Shown here piece by piece: positions 12,320-25,784 of a DNA stretch of 64,000 nt. This stretch comes from Chiloscyllium plagiosum (lineage: Eukaryota): the NCBI RefSeq assembly GCF_004010195.1, contig NC_057718.1, positions 31,928,183 to 31,992,182 of the forward strand. The letters are read 5' to 3'. A program made the translations under genes and the position numbers. Every line of letters starts with the position of its first letter. Position 1 is the first letter of the stretch. The notes beneath the pieces were generated by a model that saw only the letters and a list, made by a program, of their open reading frames with translations, ran no database searches and was not told the DNA's origin.

Positions 12320-12530
12320 TTCGATTAGCTCATTTGGCTAGACAGCTGATTTGCAATGCAGAGTGATGCCGAAAGTGTGGGTTCAATTTCAGCACTAGCT
12401 GAAGTTATGTTGAGGACTTTTCTCAACCTCTCCCCTTGCCTGCAGTGTGGTAACCCTTAGTTTACACCGCCACCAGTTATCTCTGTCTAAAAAGAGAACA
12501 GCCATATTATCTGGTAGGACTGTGGTGATT
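12320..12530 (+). mobile_element. tRNA-derived SINE
   Basis: A box TAGCTCA..GG and B box GGTTCAATT; related heads at ~13885-13990 (+) and ~36460-36605 (-). Confidence 0.65.
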
Positions 12531-13244
12531 TCGGTGGTTCACAGAAGTCTGAGAAGAATAGAAAGAAAACTCCAAAAGAGAAATAAAGTGTGAGATTTTG
12601 AGCTTTTCATTATTCATAGCTGAAATGGCAAATAGAATTTGTCAAGCTGTTAACTACTGTCTGGTGTATGTTTTGTTTATTAAATAGTTATACTTTTGCT
12701 GCAACTTGACAGGTTAAATATTTACTTATTTATCAAGCCTGAATTATCATTTCCCACTTCTGCATCCTCATGCCCCACTGTGTGATTGCCTCACTGCCAT
12801 GTAATTTCTGGATTGACTCTGCCCACAAACAACCAGAATTCCCACCTCATCAATCTGTGTGTTTTTGCTGTTGGTCTCTTACAAAGACCAAGGCCGATTC
12901 ACCTTTGGCCATATTTGTTCCATTTTGTAGCAGCCATCTCATGATCAGCCCCTCTCCTTTTCTATCTTTCTATTGGTAGTCACCCGAGGACCACTGCCAG
13001 CTTGGCAAATTATTTGCAATTTAAAGCAACAAAGGTATGAGATTTCTGCAGAGGTACAGAGACATTGGCTGCAAAGTATGCCTTTGTTTTTTAAGTAAGA
13101 TTCAAGGCCATTTTTTAATTAACCTTGGACCTCAGACCAGCTTTGCAGCTATAATTCCACTATCATCCTGAGAAGCAGGCAAATTTCCACTGTTAGATTG
13201 GAAAAGTGTTGATTTCATTTGCTGTGTATCACACCCCAAGCCAT

Positions 13245-13415
13245 AGAATTATATAGCATGGAAACAGACCCTTCAGTCCAACTCATCCATGCCAACCAAG
13301 TTTCCCGAACTAAGCTCGGCCTACTCGCCCACATTTAGCCCATATCCCTCTAAATACTTCCCATTCATGTACCTCTGCCTGCATCTATCACTTCCTCTGG
13401 CAGTTTATTCCACAC
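13245..13415 (-). mobile_element. CR1 3' tail fragment
   Basis: Matches the tail of other CR1 copies in the window. Confidence 0.8.
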
Positions 13416-14439
13416 CAAAGACTGGTGATCACAGACTGTTTCCTTTTTTATAAACACGTACAGCACGAAGGAGAGTCCAGCACCCAATTTGTGGCTGCCT
13501 TAAAGAGGTTAGTGGAACAATGTGTATTTGGAGGATTCCTCCAAGATGCCTTGCAGGTCCATTTGGTTTGAGGCCTACAATGTAAAGCCACCCAACAAAA
13601 GCTACTAACAAGAAGAGATCTGAATTTCAAGGCAGCTTTCGAAATTGGCTTCCTCAATGAAGTTGGTTGCCAGTGTTAGTTTTGGGTGCACCTAAACCAA
13701 CTGGACTGTAGTGATTCAAGGAGTTCACCATCACCTTCTTGAGCAAATACGGGTAGGTAGTAAATGCTGGCCCTGCCACTTACGCCCACATCTCATGAGT
13801 GCATTTCAGAAGCCCAACCTTTGTGGAGGATGGTGATGATGCCTCTTGAAGTGGTGTGATCTATGATCTTGTGCTTCCATGGTGGTTTGAATAGCTCAGT
13901 TGACTCTAGAGTGAGTTTATGGTCCAGAATAATAGCACCAGAACAGAGTTAGATTAATGTTTCAGCTGAGGTAGACTTGAGACCTAACTACTCACCCTGC
14001 TCCATTGTAAACTTTCAGCATAATGCAATAGTCAAGTCACTACCTTAAGAAGGAGAAACATTTCTGCAAAGCTTTTAGCTATAGAATTCCTGGATTTGGC
14101 CCAGGATGAAGAGTGATAGATATTCTAGTCAAGTTGCTGTGAGATTTTGGAGAGGGATTTTCTAATGTCAAGTAACTGCTGCATTTATCCTTCTAGCTGA
14201 TAGTGACCATACGTTTGGGAGATGCAGCAAAGAGGTATTCTGTGTATACAACATAATGCAGCCACATTTGCTGCTAATGTGAATGGTGGGGGTGGGAAGA
14301 AGGATGATCAATGTTTAATTCAGCAATCTACTTTGTCCTGCATTGAAATACTATGAATGTTGTAAATCTGGAATAAAAACAGAATGTGCTTCAAATGTGT
14401 TTCTGTAGTGAATGGCAGTGGACAAACAAACATTTCACT

Positions 14440-15140
14440 GGAGGAAACTCCACAAATATCTCTAACCTCAATGATCATGGAACCCAGCATATCTGAGCAA
14501 AAACTAAAGCTAAAGCATCCATAACAATCTTCAGTCAGTAGTGCTGAGTGGATGATCCATTTTGACCTCCTCCAGAGAACCCTAGTATCACAGCTGCCAA
14601 TCTTTGGCTGATTTAATTCACTCCGCATGATGTCAAGAAACAGATGGAGCTATTAGAAACTGCAATGGCTATGGTTCCTGACAACATTCCAGCAAAAGCA
14701 TTGAAGACTGTGCTCCAGAACTTACTGTGCTGCTTGCCAAGCTGTCCCATAAAGCTAAAATACAGGCATCGACTCAACAATGTGGAAAATTGCCTAGGTA
14801 TGTTCTGTGCATAAAAGGATAGGATAAATCCAACCTAGGCAATTACCGTCCCATCAGTCTACCCTCAATTATCAATAAAGTGAAGTAAATAAAGCTCTGT
14901 AGTAATCTGCTCACTGTCACTCTGTGTTCTGCCAGTGTCACTTGGCTCCTAACATCATTATAGACTTGTTTCAGATATGGGCAAAACAGCTGAATTGCAA
15001 AGGCAAAGTGAGAGGGGTTACCCTTGACTTCAGTCACATTTGATGAGGTATGGCATCATGGAGTTGATAAGAATCAGGTGAAGAACTCTCCACTGAATGA
15101 AAACTTACATGGCCCAAAAGAAGATGGTTGTGGTTGTTGG
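14440..15140 (+). mobile_element. Degenerate non-LTR (CR1/L2-group) RT fragment
   Basis: AMVPDNIP..PELT..MWKIA*VC.VHK..DKSNLGNYRPISLPSIINKV and FDEVWHHG. Confidence 0.75.
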
Positions 15141-16565
15141 AGATTAGTCTCTGAGCACAAGGCTCAGGGTTGCATAGAAGGGAGCATAATTTCAATGGCA
15201 CAATGTGTGGATGAACTGTTGCAGAGCCCAAACTACAGAAGATACTCGCACAAGAGCCCTGCATTAAATCAAAAATACTTAGAGGATGAAACCTGGTGAG
15301 AGTCAAAGGCTGAAAAGAAAAAAAATACTCGATAATCACTTTCTCAAGCCAAGTCAAGAGCGAGAGAGGAACCTAAGCTAGTACCTGGGGTAACTGCAAG
15401 TAGAGGACTATCAGTGGAAGAACATAATTTGGCCACTGGCATATGAATGGTGAAGAGAGGTAGGAAGGCTGGTGGATTTTGAAGTGCAAAGCATCCACAA
15501 GTATTGACTCAGATCCATGGAACTGCATGAGCACCAGTGCGTACAAAACTGTGTTTGTCAAGACTGTTGATCACTGGCTTTTGTAACATTCTGGACAAGG
15601 AACTGATGGCCCTGGAATGTGGTGGGTACTAGTTGTCCATAACAGGGAAACTTAATGTTGCACTCAACGTTTTCACTGAAGGATCATTTCAGAAACCAGC
15701 AAGGGAGTTTTCAGAAATTCACAATTAGTGGTTAATCATTGCATCAAGCCGGTGGTGAATACCAGGATTGTGTGGGCAAGTGAGTATAGAAGGTTCCACA
15801 ATGAAAATGTTAATCAGAGGAAAATGTTTATTTTATTTGTTATCTGTTCTTCTCCAGAGATGTTATTTTACTGAAATGTGTAACCTATGTTTCATAATAA
15901 CACCAGTCCACTTTGTTAGGGTTGAACTCCCCTATTGTAACCAAATATGACTTCCACTTCACTGCCATTTTTCAAAGATGTACCATGCTCACTCAGTATG
16001 TATCTGAATACAATGTGCACATAAAGCAATTTTTCAAATTACCCAAACTTTATTACAATCAATTTGATTGATATACTGAAGAAGTGTCTCTTTGTTTTTC
16101 AGTCCTTAATTTCTCAAATGAAATGTAAAAGAAAAATTCCATCCTATCGTCCTGTTGTGTGTTGAATTGAATAAAATTAGCACATGCTCAAATGCTGGCA
16201 GCCATTATTGAACAACTTTATTTACACCTTCCAAACAGAGAAGGCAGCAGAGAGCACACTGTAGCAATTTCTTGAGTTAGCTGTATAACTTAAATGAGTT
16301 TCTGGATTTTGTTTCCATGAAGGTCTCTGGTGGGTTTACCTGCAACTAAATTAGTACACAGCAGTCTCAGGGCACATCCTTTGTCTAAAGTGCTGCAGTG
16401 CAGAGTGACCATGGCTGTTGGTCATGTGATGATGTCCAGATAATTAGTTTATCTAATGTTGACCTTCTTAAAGCAATAACAATACATTTTCTTGTACCTC
16501 AAAACTAGCTCTCATATGCTAAAAGTGAAAACTATGGTAAGAGCAAACTATAGTAAGATATGACT

Positions 16566-17298
16566 TAGAATCATAAAGATGTACAGCACGGAAACAGACC
16601 ATTCAGTCCAACTCTTGCATGCTGACTAGATATCCCAACCCAATCTAGTCCCACCTGCCAGCACCTGCCTCATATCCTTCCGAAGCCTTCCTATTCATAT
16701 ACCCATCCAAATGCTTTTTAAATGTTGCAATTGTACCAGCTTCTACCACTTCCTCTGGCAGCTCATTACATACACGTACCACCCTCTGCATGAAAAAAGT
16801 TGCCCCTTAGATCTCTTTTTATCTTTCCCCCCTCACCCTAAAGCTATGTCCTCTAGTTCTGGACTCCCCAACTCCAGGGAAAAGACTTTGTATATTTATC
16901 CTATCCATGCCCCTCTTAATTTTGTAAACCTCTATAAGGTCACCCCTCAGCCTCCGACGCTCCAGGGAAAACAGCCTTAGCCTGTTCAACCTCTCCTATA
17001 GCTCAAATTCTCCAACCCTGGCAACACCCTTGTGAATCTTTTCTGAACCCTTTCAAATTTCACAACATCCTTCCAATAGGAAGGAAACCAGAATTGCACA
17101 CAATATTCCAAAAGTGGCCTAACCAATGACCTGTACAGCCACAACATGACCTTTCAATTCCTGCACTCAATACTTTGACCAGTAAAGGAAAGCGTACCAC
17201 ACTCTTCCTTCACTATCCTATCTAACTATGACTCCACTTTCAAGGAGTTATGAACCTGCATTCCAAGGTCTCTTGGATCAGCATCACCCCCAGGACCT
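16566..17298 (-). mobile_element. CR1-type LINE 3' fragment inside the Gypsy element
   Basis: Same family as the 6711 and 21229 copies. Confidence 0.9.
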
Positions 17299-17436
17299 TG
17301 GAGGTGCCAGTGTTGGACTACGGTGGACAAAGTTAAAAGTCACAACCAACTGATGAAGGAGCGGTGGTCTGAAAGCTAGTGCTTCCAAATATACCGGTTG
17401 GACTATAACCTGGTGTTGTGTGATTTTTAACTTTAT
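17299..17436. mobile_element. Fold-back mini PLE (family B) with hammerhead motif
   Basis: Tail + aaagttaaaagtcaca inverted against tgtgatttttaacttt; CTGATGA-AGGAGC..GAAA-GCTA at 17350-17378. Confidence 0.75.
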
Positions 17437-19309
17437 ACAAAGATAGGGATTGTAAAATTTATGTGAACAGAAATAAGTATGGAAATCTAAGAGTCCAAGT
17501 TATCATTTTGATGTTTTGATGACTCTTCCAGATCTTGTGCTGTCAGCCTCTGGAGATGTGGATTTCACCCTTGGCTGTTTGTTGTCATTGTGTTCATTTT
17601 TGTCCTGGTGTTCCATCACTGTGTCGTTGTTTGAGTGTGTTTTTCCATGTTTGCTGTGTACAGTTGATGTGTTGTGCTTTTCCCTTAGTTAGCTTATGTT
17701 CCTCCTCAACTTTGCTCCATTGGATATTGTGACTTCTTAAGATCTGAGCTCACCACACTGGATATATTTGTGGGTAACTACGTTCCCATTCCAGGGTGTG
17801 TGATTCTGGGCTACATGTGGTTGAAATAGTTCTACACCTGCATGGCAATCATGCACCAGCTTTATTCTTCCATGTTTTTTTGGGAATTGAGTCCTGTACC
17901 TTGGAGAATTTGCATAGATAGTAGCTTAGCAAGGTCATTCTCATTTGCCTTCTGAACATGATCTCTATTGGTGCTTGTAATCCCATATCCAGGGGTGTAG
18001 CTCTGAAGTATATTGACAATGTGAAAAACTGCTTCTGCACCTTATCCTTCAGAATAATGAGTTCAGGAGTGAAAACTATTTGCTCAGTGAGACCATTTGA
18101 TCTGGTGTAATGTCGTCAGGTCAGTACATAGTTCATGCCACATTTGGCACACAGATTCCTGAAAGGTCTGCTTATGCACTGCAAATCAATTGACAGAAAT
18201 GATTCTTTCAGATGCATCAAACAGACAGAATGCAGCACTCAATCTGTCTGCCTTAAATGAGCTTGAAGTGTTTTTTACCTTTTGACAGTTAGAATTTGGA
18301 GGAATAATTAGTGACTGATATAAAGTCATTTCCATTGAGAGTAAATAGGTCAATGATGATTTTGGACTAAAGCACAGATGGAATCTTTTGAGCATGTAGA
18401 GGTTCCCTGACTTGCTATGTCTGATTGTTGTGGATGCCTTGCACATACAAACTGTTCAATGCTGTTGTTAATCCCTGGACAATTAACTATATCCATGCCA
18501 GTCATCTTGCCCCCTCTATGCACATTTGCCTTTAGAATGGATGTAATAATGTCATGGCAGAGAGCCCTGGACACAAGCACTTGTTTTGTTTGAAGTTTAT
18601 GAGCTTGATATCTCAAGAGGCATCTCTAAAACCAAAAAAATCTGAGAGGGCCTGGCATCTCTTTCATCTTGTCACGTTACACTTCAATGACAACTTTTCA
18701 CAATGACTTCAATTTTGGGTTATTAACTGTTTTTGATTGCAGATCACTTTTTCTTTTGTTTGAAGTTAGACACTTTTTCTTTGTTCGCTGGGATTTGTTT
18801 CTGACAGTTCTTTTAAATCTTAGTGAAGTCTTCAGCTGGCTGCCTGCCCAACTTTGTCCAACTTAATGTACTCATTTGGGAATTGAACTATTTTTTTGGA
18901 CTTATTTTCTTCTTCTAGAATATTATTGAACCTTATCTGCTGTCTGTCCCTGTGCTCATCAAGCTTGTATCGTCACGTCCTTTGTTCTTTTATTTTTAAA
19001 GAGACAATTCCATTTTTGCATAGTAGTGATTTATTATGCTATTTATATGTAACACTAATAAAGTATATGGGATCCATTTCATTTCAGATCGCTGGTAGAT
19101 TTATTTGCAACTAAACTGATCCAGACAGTACAGAATAATCTCCAGATATGTCCTTTGTCAAAGATACAACAATGCAGAGCAGCCATGGCTCCTGGTCATA
19201 TGATGACTCATCTACTTGTTGACCTTTTTAATGAGACACCACTCATTAAATGATAATATATTAGGCTGTACTCTACAAGTAAAAGCAATGTTCAGTCAAT
19301 GTTGCAGTT

Positions 19310-19932
19310 CTTAAATAAAAACAAAAAAATGCAAGAAAAACTTAGCTGTTCTGGCAGCATCTGTGAAGAATAAAACATAATGAACATTTCAAATCCAATA
19401 TGACTCTCCTTTGGAAATGAAGATGTGTAATTGGACTCAAAAGATTAACTCGTTTTCTCTTTCCATAGATGCTGCCAGCCCTAATGAGTTACTCTCGCTT
19501 TTTTTTTTATTTCACTACCTCTCTACATTCCATCCTGCTTATGAGATGTGCACTGACCTCACTGCTGTCTGCTTTCCTACCCTTGCCAGTGTTCATACTG
19601 GAGAAACAATAGTACAGTTAATATGAATTCATGCATTCCTTTCCCATTGCCTGTATACGCTCCTGAATGTCATTGGTCATCATAGACCGGTGGTTGCCAC
19701 TGATAAGTCAACTGAGAAGGAACTGTGCCAGCAACCAGCACAACTCTCCAAGTAAAATAAAAGCAAAGCACTGCAAATGTTCAAGATCCAAACTAAAACC
19801 AAAGTGCTGGAGAAACTCAGTGGAACTGTTCCAAAGAAGAATCCTATTAAACTCAAAATGTTAACTCTGTTTTTCTCTCTGCAGATAGTGAGAGATCTGC
19901 TGAGTTTCTCCAGAACTTTCTTGTTTTAATTA
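19310..19932. mobile_element. Two old fold-back PLE-end relics (~19310-19510 and ~19755-19932)
   Basis: ctggcagcatctg/agatgctgccag and ctggagaaactcag/ctgagtttctccag inverted pairs; resemble the 55050 element. Confidence 0.6.
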
Positions 19933-20819
19933 CAGTCATCCGTCTCTCTGGACTCTATATCTACTTAACTGTTGGTGACAGCCTGACTCACGACCAGCGT
20001 GCTAATATTCATCACTTCTTATGGTTGTTCCAAAAATGAAATAATAATGAAATAACCACCAACAGTTGCTCTCTGCCCTTGTGCATTGTGAGCTCTCTTC
20101 CACAAAGCTACAAAGAGAAAGGTGCACGTGATATTCCTGCAACTCCTACTCTAATAAAGTTACACTGTTTTAATGACAATCATTGTAACTTGTTGCTAAC
20201 ATTAAGCCATTCAGATTGGTATTATTTTGTACTGAAGTGATTTACAATGGTGTAATGCTGGTGTTATGTCATACTCTGTGTATGGACGCATTCATTCTTG
20301 TTGAGTTCTGGTGCATTAGTCTTCTATAGCACATGTCATAGTCCCATACAATGCATGCAGGGCTGCATCTCACCTTACAAGCCCACAAGAGGCCGATGAT
20401 GCATTCCCAGTGCCATAGCCTTATTCTTGCAAATATTCCTTTCCTACAAAACTCTTTGGCAACTGTCCCACTAGGATGCTGGCTGTCCTCCCATTCTCAT
20501 CCTCTGGGGAGACGACCTGCTTCCCTTCCCTCACTGCCTGCAGATGCACAGCATGGTAACGCCTCTAAACAACGGAAAAATCGGTCTTTGCATTCCTTCC
20601 ATTCGTCCATGCATTCTGCTTTCTGTTCTGGTCCTTCTTCTTATATGTGTGCAAGGGTGCTGCATTTGGTGTTGCATTTTTACAGTGACAGTTTAGCTTG
20701 GATCATGGGTCTTTAGCTCTAGAAGCAGATATTGAACAAGTGCGTGGGAGAAGGATGATCCACTTGACACTTATAGCTGAAGACATTTGTAAACTGGTTT
20801 GTAAACCTTGTCTTATGGA

Positions 20820-21215
20820 CTCTCTTACGGTATATGGTACTTTCCCTACCTCTGAGCCAGAAGACTTGGATTCAATTTCTACCTGCTCCAGTGCTGTGTA
20901 ATATAATCTCTGAACATGTCAATTAGAAATCGGTCTTTGCATTCCTTCCATTCTAAGCGGCCTGCTTGTGGTGCAGTGGTAGTGTCCCTACTACCCCTAG
21001 ATTGGAGACCCAGGTTCAAGTCCCACCTGCTCTCAAGGTGTGCAATAACATCACTGAACAGGTTGATTAAAAAAAAAGTCGGTTAACGTTTAAAGAAACT
21101 TGACTTAGGACCCCCTTGTGACACAGTGGTAGTGACCCTACACTTGGACCAGGAGGCCTGGGTTCAAATCCCACCTGCTCTGGAGGTATGTAATAACACC
21201 TGATAGATTGATTCA
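20820..21215 (+). mobile_element. Three head-to-tail copies of a ~115-bp tRNA-derived SINE
   Basis: gtggtgcagtggtagtgtccctac..ggttcaagtcccacctgctc..taacatc.ctgaacaggttgatt. More copies at ~22940, 23218/24179, 36790, 46690 and 46775. Confidence 0.8.
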
Positions 21216-21228
21216 ACAAACAAGTTAA

Positions 21229-22370
21229 AGTCATAGAGATGCACAGCATGGAAACAGACCTTTCGATCCAAATTGTCCGTGCCAACCAGATAACCCAACC
21301 TAATATAGTCCCATTTGCAAGCACTCGGCCCATATCCCTCCAAATCCTTCTTATTCATATACCCATCCAGATGCCTTTTAAATGTTGCAATTGTACCAGC
21401 CTCCACCACTTCCTCTGGCAGCTCATTCCATATACGCGCCACCTTCTGTGTGAAAATGTTTTCCCTCTCACTCTACACCTATGCCCTCTAGTTCTGGACT
21501 CCCCCACCCCAGGGAAAAGACTTTGTCTATTTATCTTATCCATACTCCTCATGATTTTATAAACCTCTACGAGGTCACCCCTCAGCCTCTGACGCAATAG
21601 AAAAAACAGTCTCAGCCCTCTCCCTAAGCTCAAATCCTTCAACCCTGGTAACATCCTTGTAAATCTTTTCTGAACCCTTTTAGGTTTCACAATATCTTTC
21701 CAATTGGAAGGAGACCAGAACTGCACATAATATTCCAATAGTGGCCTAACCAACGTCCTGGACAGCCACAATATGACCCATCAACTCCTGAACTCAATGC
21801 TCTGACCAATAAGGGAAAGCATACAAAATGCCTTCTTCACTATCTTATCTACCTGCGATTCTACTTTCAAGGAGCTATGGACCTGTACTCCAAGGAGAAA
21901 GTGAGGTCTGCAAATGCTGGAGATCAGAGCTGGAAATGTGTTGCTGGAAAGGCGCAGCAGGTCAGGCAGCATCTAGGGAACAGGAGAATCGACGTTTCGG
22001 GCATTCCTGAAGAAGGGCTAATGCCTGAAACATCGATTCTCCTGTTCCCTAGATGCTGCCTGACCTGCTGCGCCTTTCCAGCAACACATTTCCAGACCTG
22101 CACTCCAAGGTCTGTTTGTTCAGCAACACTCCCTCGGACTTTACCATTAAGTGTATAAGTCCTGCTAAGATTTGCTTTCCCAAAATGCAGCACCTCGCAT
22201 TTATCTAAATTAAACTCCATCTGCCATTACTCAGCCCATTGTCCCATCTGATCAACATCCTGTTGTACACTGAGGTAACCTTCTTTGCTGTCCATTACAC
22301 CTCCAATTTTGGCGTCATCTGCAAATTATACCTCCTATGTTCATATCCAAGTCATTTATATAAATGAAGA
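21229..22370 (-). mobile_element. CR1-type LINE split by a hairpin element
   Basis: MEFNLDKCEVLHFGKAN..DLGVQV | HSSLKVESQV..LVRPLLEY. Confidence 0.92.
21896..22094. mobile_element. Fold-back mini PLE (family A), 76-bp arms
   Basis: Arms 21930-22005 and 22020-22095 (2 mismatches), 34-nt tail, TSD GACCTGYACTCCAAGG at 21880 and 22095, CTGAAGA..GAAA at 22007-22030. Confidence 0.92.
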
Positions 22371-22384
22371 AAAAGTTAAAGTTA

Positions 22385-23140
22385 AAAATAACTTTTCTTT
22401 CCTGTTTCCAACTCTATCTTGATTTAGCCCCCTCCCTCTCTCCCTGACCTTTAATAGTTTGTATTGTCCTTAATGGCTTTGCATGAAAATATCTACTTGG
22501 CTACACTGGTATTTTACTGGTGGTAGTTAGTGTTTCAAAATTAAAAATTAAAAAAAAGTCACTGTGATTCTCATGGTGGAAAAATCAGTCAATTGTGTGT
22601 GATAGCACTTTTGGGTATAAAGAAAAGATAAACTTTGTCCTTTCCCCTTCCAACTTTATTTTAATGGAGCCTCCTCCCGATCTTTCCCTTGCCTTTGATA
22701 GTTTGCATTGCCCTTGATGGTTTTTAAATGTAAATATCCAATTGGCTACACAGGTGGTTGACAGTTGATGGATAATAGTAAAAATAGTGGTGGGAGAAAA
22801 ACGTTTGGTTCTGTGCAATAGCATATTGAGATATTTGAAAAAAATAAACTTTGTCCCTTCCCCTTCCAGCTCCATTTTGGTTTAGCCACTTTCCCCAATC
22901 TTTAAAAGTTTCTATTGCCCTTAATGAGCTTTTTTTTAATTTAACTTATTTCTCCTAAACAACCTGTTCAGATGTTATTCCACACTTCTAGATCAGGTGG
23001 GATTCGAATCTGTGTCTCTTGGTCCTGGGTAGCGATAGTACCACTGCACTACAAGAGGGGCCCCTTAATATGTTTTGCACATAAATTATTCAATTGGAAG
23101 CACAGATAATTTACTGGTGGTGGTTAATAGATGGAAAAAA
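22385..23140. repeat. Degenerate tandem repeat, ~220-240-bp period, 3 units, third split by a SINE
   Basis: aaataaactttgtcc.ttccccttcca..ttgcccttaatg recurs at ~22387, ~22625 and ~22842; cccttaat flanks the SINE at ~22918 and ~23062. Confidence 0.7.
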
Positions 23141-23242
23141 GATACCACAGGTGACCTACTGCTGGAGGTAAAAATCATTCAGTTGTAAAAAAAATATATA
23201 AAATCTTTGTTCTTTGAGTGCCCTCATGCAGCAGTGGTAGTA

Positions 23243-24178
23243 TGGAGAAAGTGAGGACTGCAGATGTGGGAGATCAGAGTTGAGCTTGTGGTGCTGGAAA
23301 AGCACAGCAGTCAGGCAGCATCCAAGGAGCAGGAGAATCGATGTTTCGTGCATAAGCCCTCCATCAGGAATGAGGCTTGTGGGCCAGGGGTTCTGAGAGA
23401 TAAATGGCAGGCAGTGGGGCTGGGTGGGAGGGAAGGTAGCTGGAGGTCGGAGAGGAGGATGGAGCAGATTGGTGTGAAGGAAGATGGACACTTCCCCTCT
23501 CACCTACGTCCATGGCCCAAAAGATTTTTCCACATCCAACATAAATTTACCTGTACTTCCACACACGTCATCTACTGTATCCGCTGCACCCGATGTGGTC
23601 TCCTCTACATTGGGGATACAGGACGTCAACTTGCGGATCATTTCAGAGAACACCTCTGGGACACCTGAATCAACCAACCACACTTTCCTGTGGCTGAACA
23701 CTTTAACTCCCCCCTCCCACTCCATCAAGGACATACAGGTCCTGGGCCTCCTCCATCGCCAAACCCTAAACACCGTATGCCTGGAGGAAGAATGTCTCAT
23801 CTTCTGCCTTGGGACTCTGCAACCACATGGGATCAATGTGGATTTCACCAGTTTCCTCATTTCCCCTCCCCCCACCTTGTCCCAGTCCTAAGCCTCCGAC
23901 TCGGCACTGCCCTCTTGACCTGTCCATTTTCCTTCCCACTTATCTGCTCCACCCTCCTCTCCGACCTATCACTTTCACCCCACCGTCATCTACCTATCGT
24001 ATTCCCAGCTACCTTCCCCCCCATAACCCCTGCCCCACCCACCTCCCATTTATCTCTCAACCACACCCCGCCCCGGCCGACAAGCCTCTTTCTTGATGAA
24101 GGGCTTATGCCCGTAACAGAGATTCTCCTGCTCCTCAGATGTTTCCTGACTTATGCTTTTCCAGCACCATACTCTGAG
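23243..24178. mobile_element. Fold-back PLE (family A) with GIY-YIG fragment, inserted inside a SINE
   Basis: Minus pLTR ~23243-23480; plus HVIYCIRCTRCGLLYIGDTGRQLADHFREHL and pLTR to 24178; SINE halves on either side. Confidence 0.9.
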
Positions 24179-25784
24179 CTCTCCTTACATCTGAGCCAGG
24201 AGGCCTGAGTGCAAGGCCCAACTGTTCCAGAGGTGTATAATGAGGTCTTTGAACAGGCTGATTAGAAGATATTAAACATTGTCTTCTGCACTCATGTCTT
24301 GGGCGGGTCATAGCACCCCAATTTACTGTGGTCTAGCCACTGGTCTCAATGCAGATATATACAGCATTAGCAGGGCATCCTGATTAAGGTATGATCTAAT
24401 TTTTAGGTCGGTAGGTCTCGTAACCTAAACATTTTGTGACTGAAATCTGCCAATTCAGCATGGACCGTAGATAAAACTAGGAACCACAGTGGTCTATTCA
24501 TTTCACCAATATAAAGCACAAGTAATTGATTTATCCAGAAAACTCTTCCCTTTTACAACTATGTATAACTTATAGAAGTATATTTGTTAGAATGTCTTGG
24601 ATTTTAATTTTATATGTTGTTAAGAAATTTTTGAAGCTTTTCAATTTCATCATTTTTATTTTAACTGATCAACAACCCTTGAAAAGAAAGCATTCTAAAC
24701 CTTATAGGCTATAAAAATACATACATTCATTCTGCTCAGCAATGTGTTTCTGCCTGTAATTCTGTATTGAATAAATCACAGTTTTTTTTAAAGGAAAATC
24801 CTTTGAACATTGACATTCATTGTTCAAAATTGGAGCAGCTATGGACAGTTGCCAACATAAGGAGTGGGTGAAATAATAAACATAAGACAAAACAGAGTGA
24901 CCAACAGAAAAGTCCATTATTATGATCATAATACATGCAATACTAAACATTTTTCCTTTTCAGAGAACTACTGTTCATTAAATAAGCTTAAATAAATATT
25001 ATATTTGCTGTCCAACATTTACTGGACAGTCCAATAGATTACTTTTTATGTGTAAACTTGAATGTTAAAATCAGAGGCAGCTAATTATTTTGCTGTTGTT
25101 GTGAACTTCTAGTGACCAAATGAAGAATGAATTTGATGAATGCCAGCAGAGGTGTCATCTACCCCTTCAGTAGTGAAATGTGTACAAACCTGCAAGGCAC
25201 TTGCAAGCAGAAAGTATTTGACAATTGTAGGATTCATCTTTCTAATGATGTTGCATTCATACAGCTGTCTGGAATGGAAGGAATTTTACTGACTTAGATT
25301 AGTTTCCCCTTCAGTGCTCAATAAGAGCATAATAAAAAGTTCTGTTTAATTGTCTCGTGTTCTCTTGTGTAATTGCCTATCAATGATTCTCTGTGTTTCC
25401 CAACATCTGCAGTTTGGTCAGAGAAGATAGCATTCATAAAGTTAATGTGAATGATCTTGTATTTATTTACTGTAGCTCTACAGATTGACCACTTAATGCT
25501 AATGAATATAAGTTGCAATAAACATTGATTCTTTAGCTAACAGATTTTGCTTATTTGCCAATGCTACACTGGCAATGTAATAAAAGCAGAAGATGCATAT
25601 TGTTCTGATGATGAATACACAATTCAAACTGTGGGAGTCTGGCTATTCTGTTTAACAGTTAGCCTTGGGGTTGTTGTTAATATGGTCTATGAACAGAAAA
25701 CCATGGGTTTAAGTTCCCTGTCAGTAATCAAGGTTGATACTCCTTCAGTGCAATACAGATGGAATGATGCACTTTTACAATTGT

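Larger units (their letters stand above)
16290..19290 (-). mobile_element. Degenerate, internally deleted Gypsy LTR retrotransposon
   Basis: Direct repeats at ~16300-16490 and ~19070-19250. Integrase relics on minus: CPGINNSIEQFV, FCLFDASERIIS, HYTRSNGL, FRATPLDMGLQAPIEIMFRRQMRMTL, TRSGRVIK. Confidence 0.75.

Noticed and set aside
20958..21215. tRNA genes or CRISPR-like array
   Set aside because: SINE heads with non-tRNA tails; no cloverleaf or repeat-spacer regularity, and the context is eukaryotic.
21930..22095. Hairpins as pre-miRNA genes or classical MITEs
   Set aside because: Arms match PLE pLTRs, have an asymmetric tail and long variable TSDs; no TA or fixed-length TSD.
25141..25160. 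CTCF-like CCAGCAGAGGTGTCA
   Set aside because: The core GGC is broken and the site is isolated.
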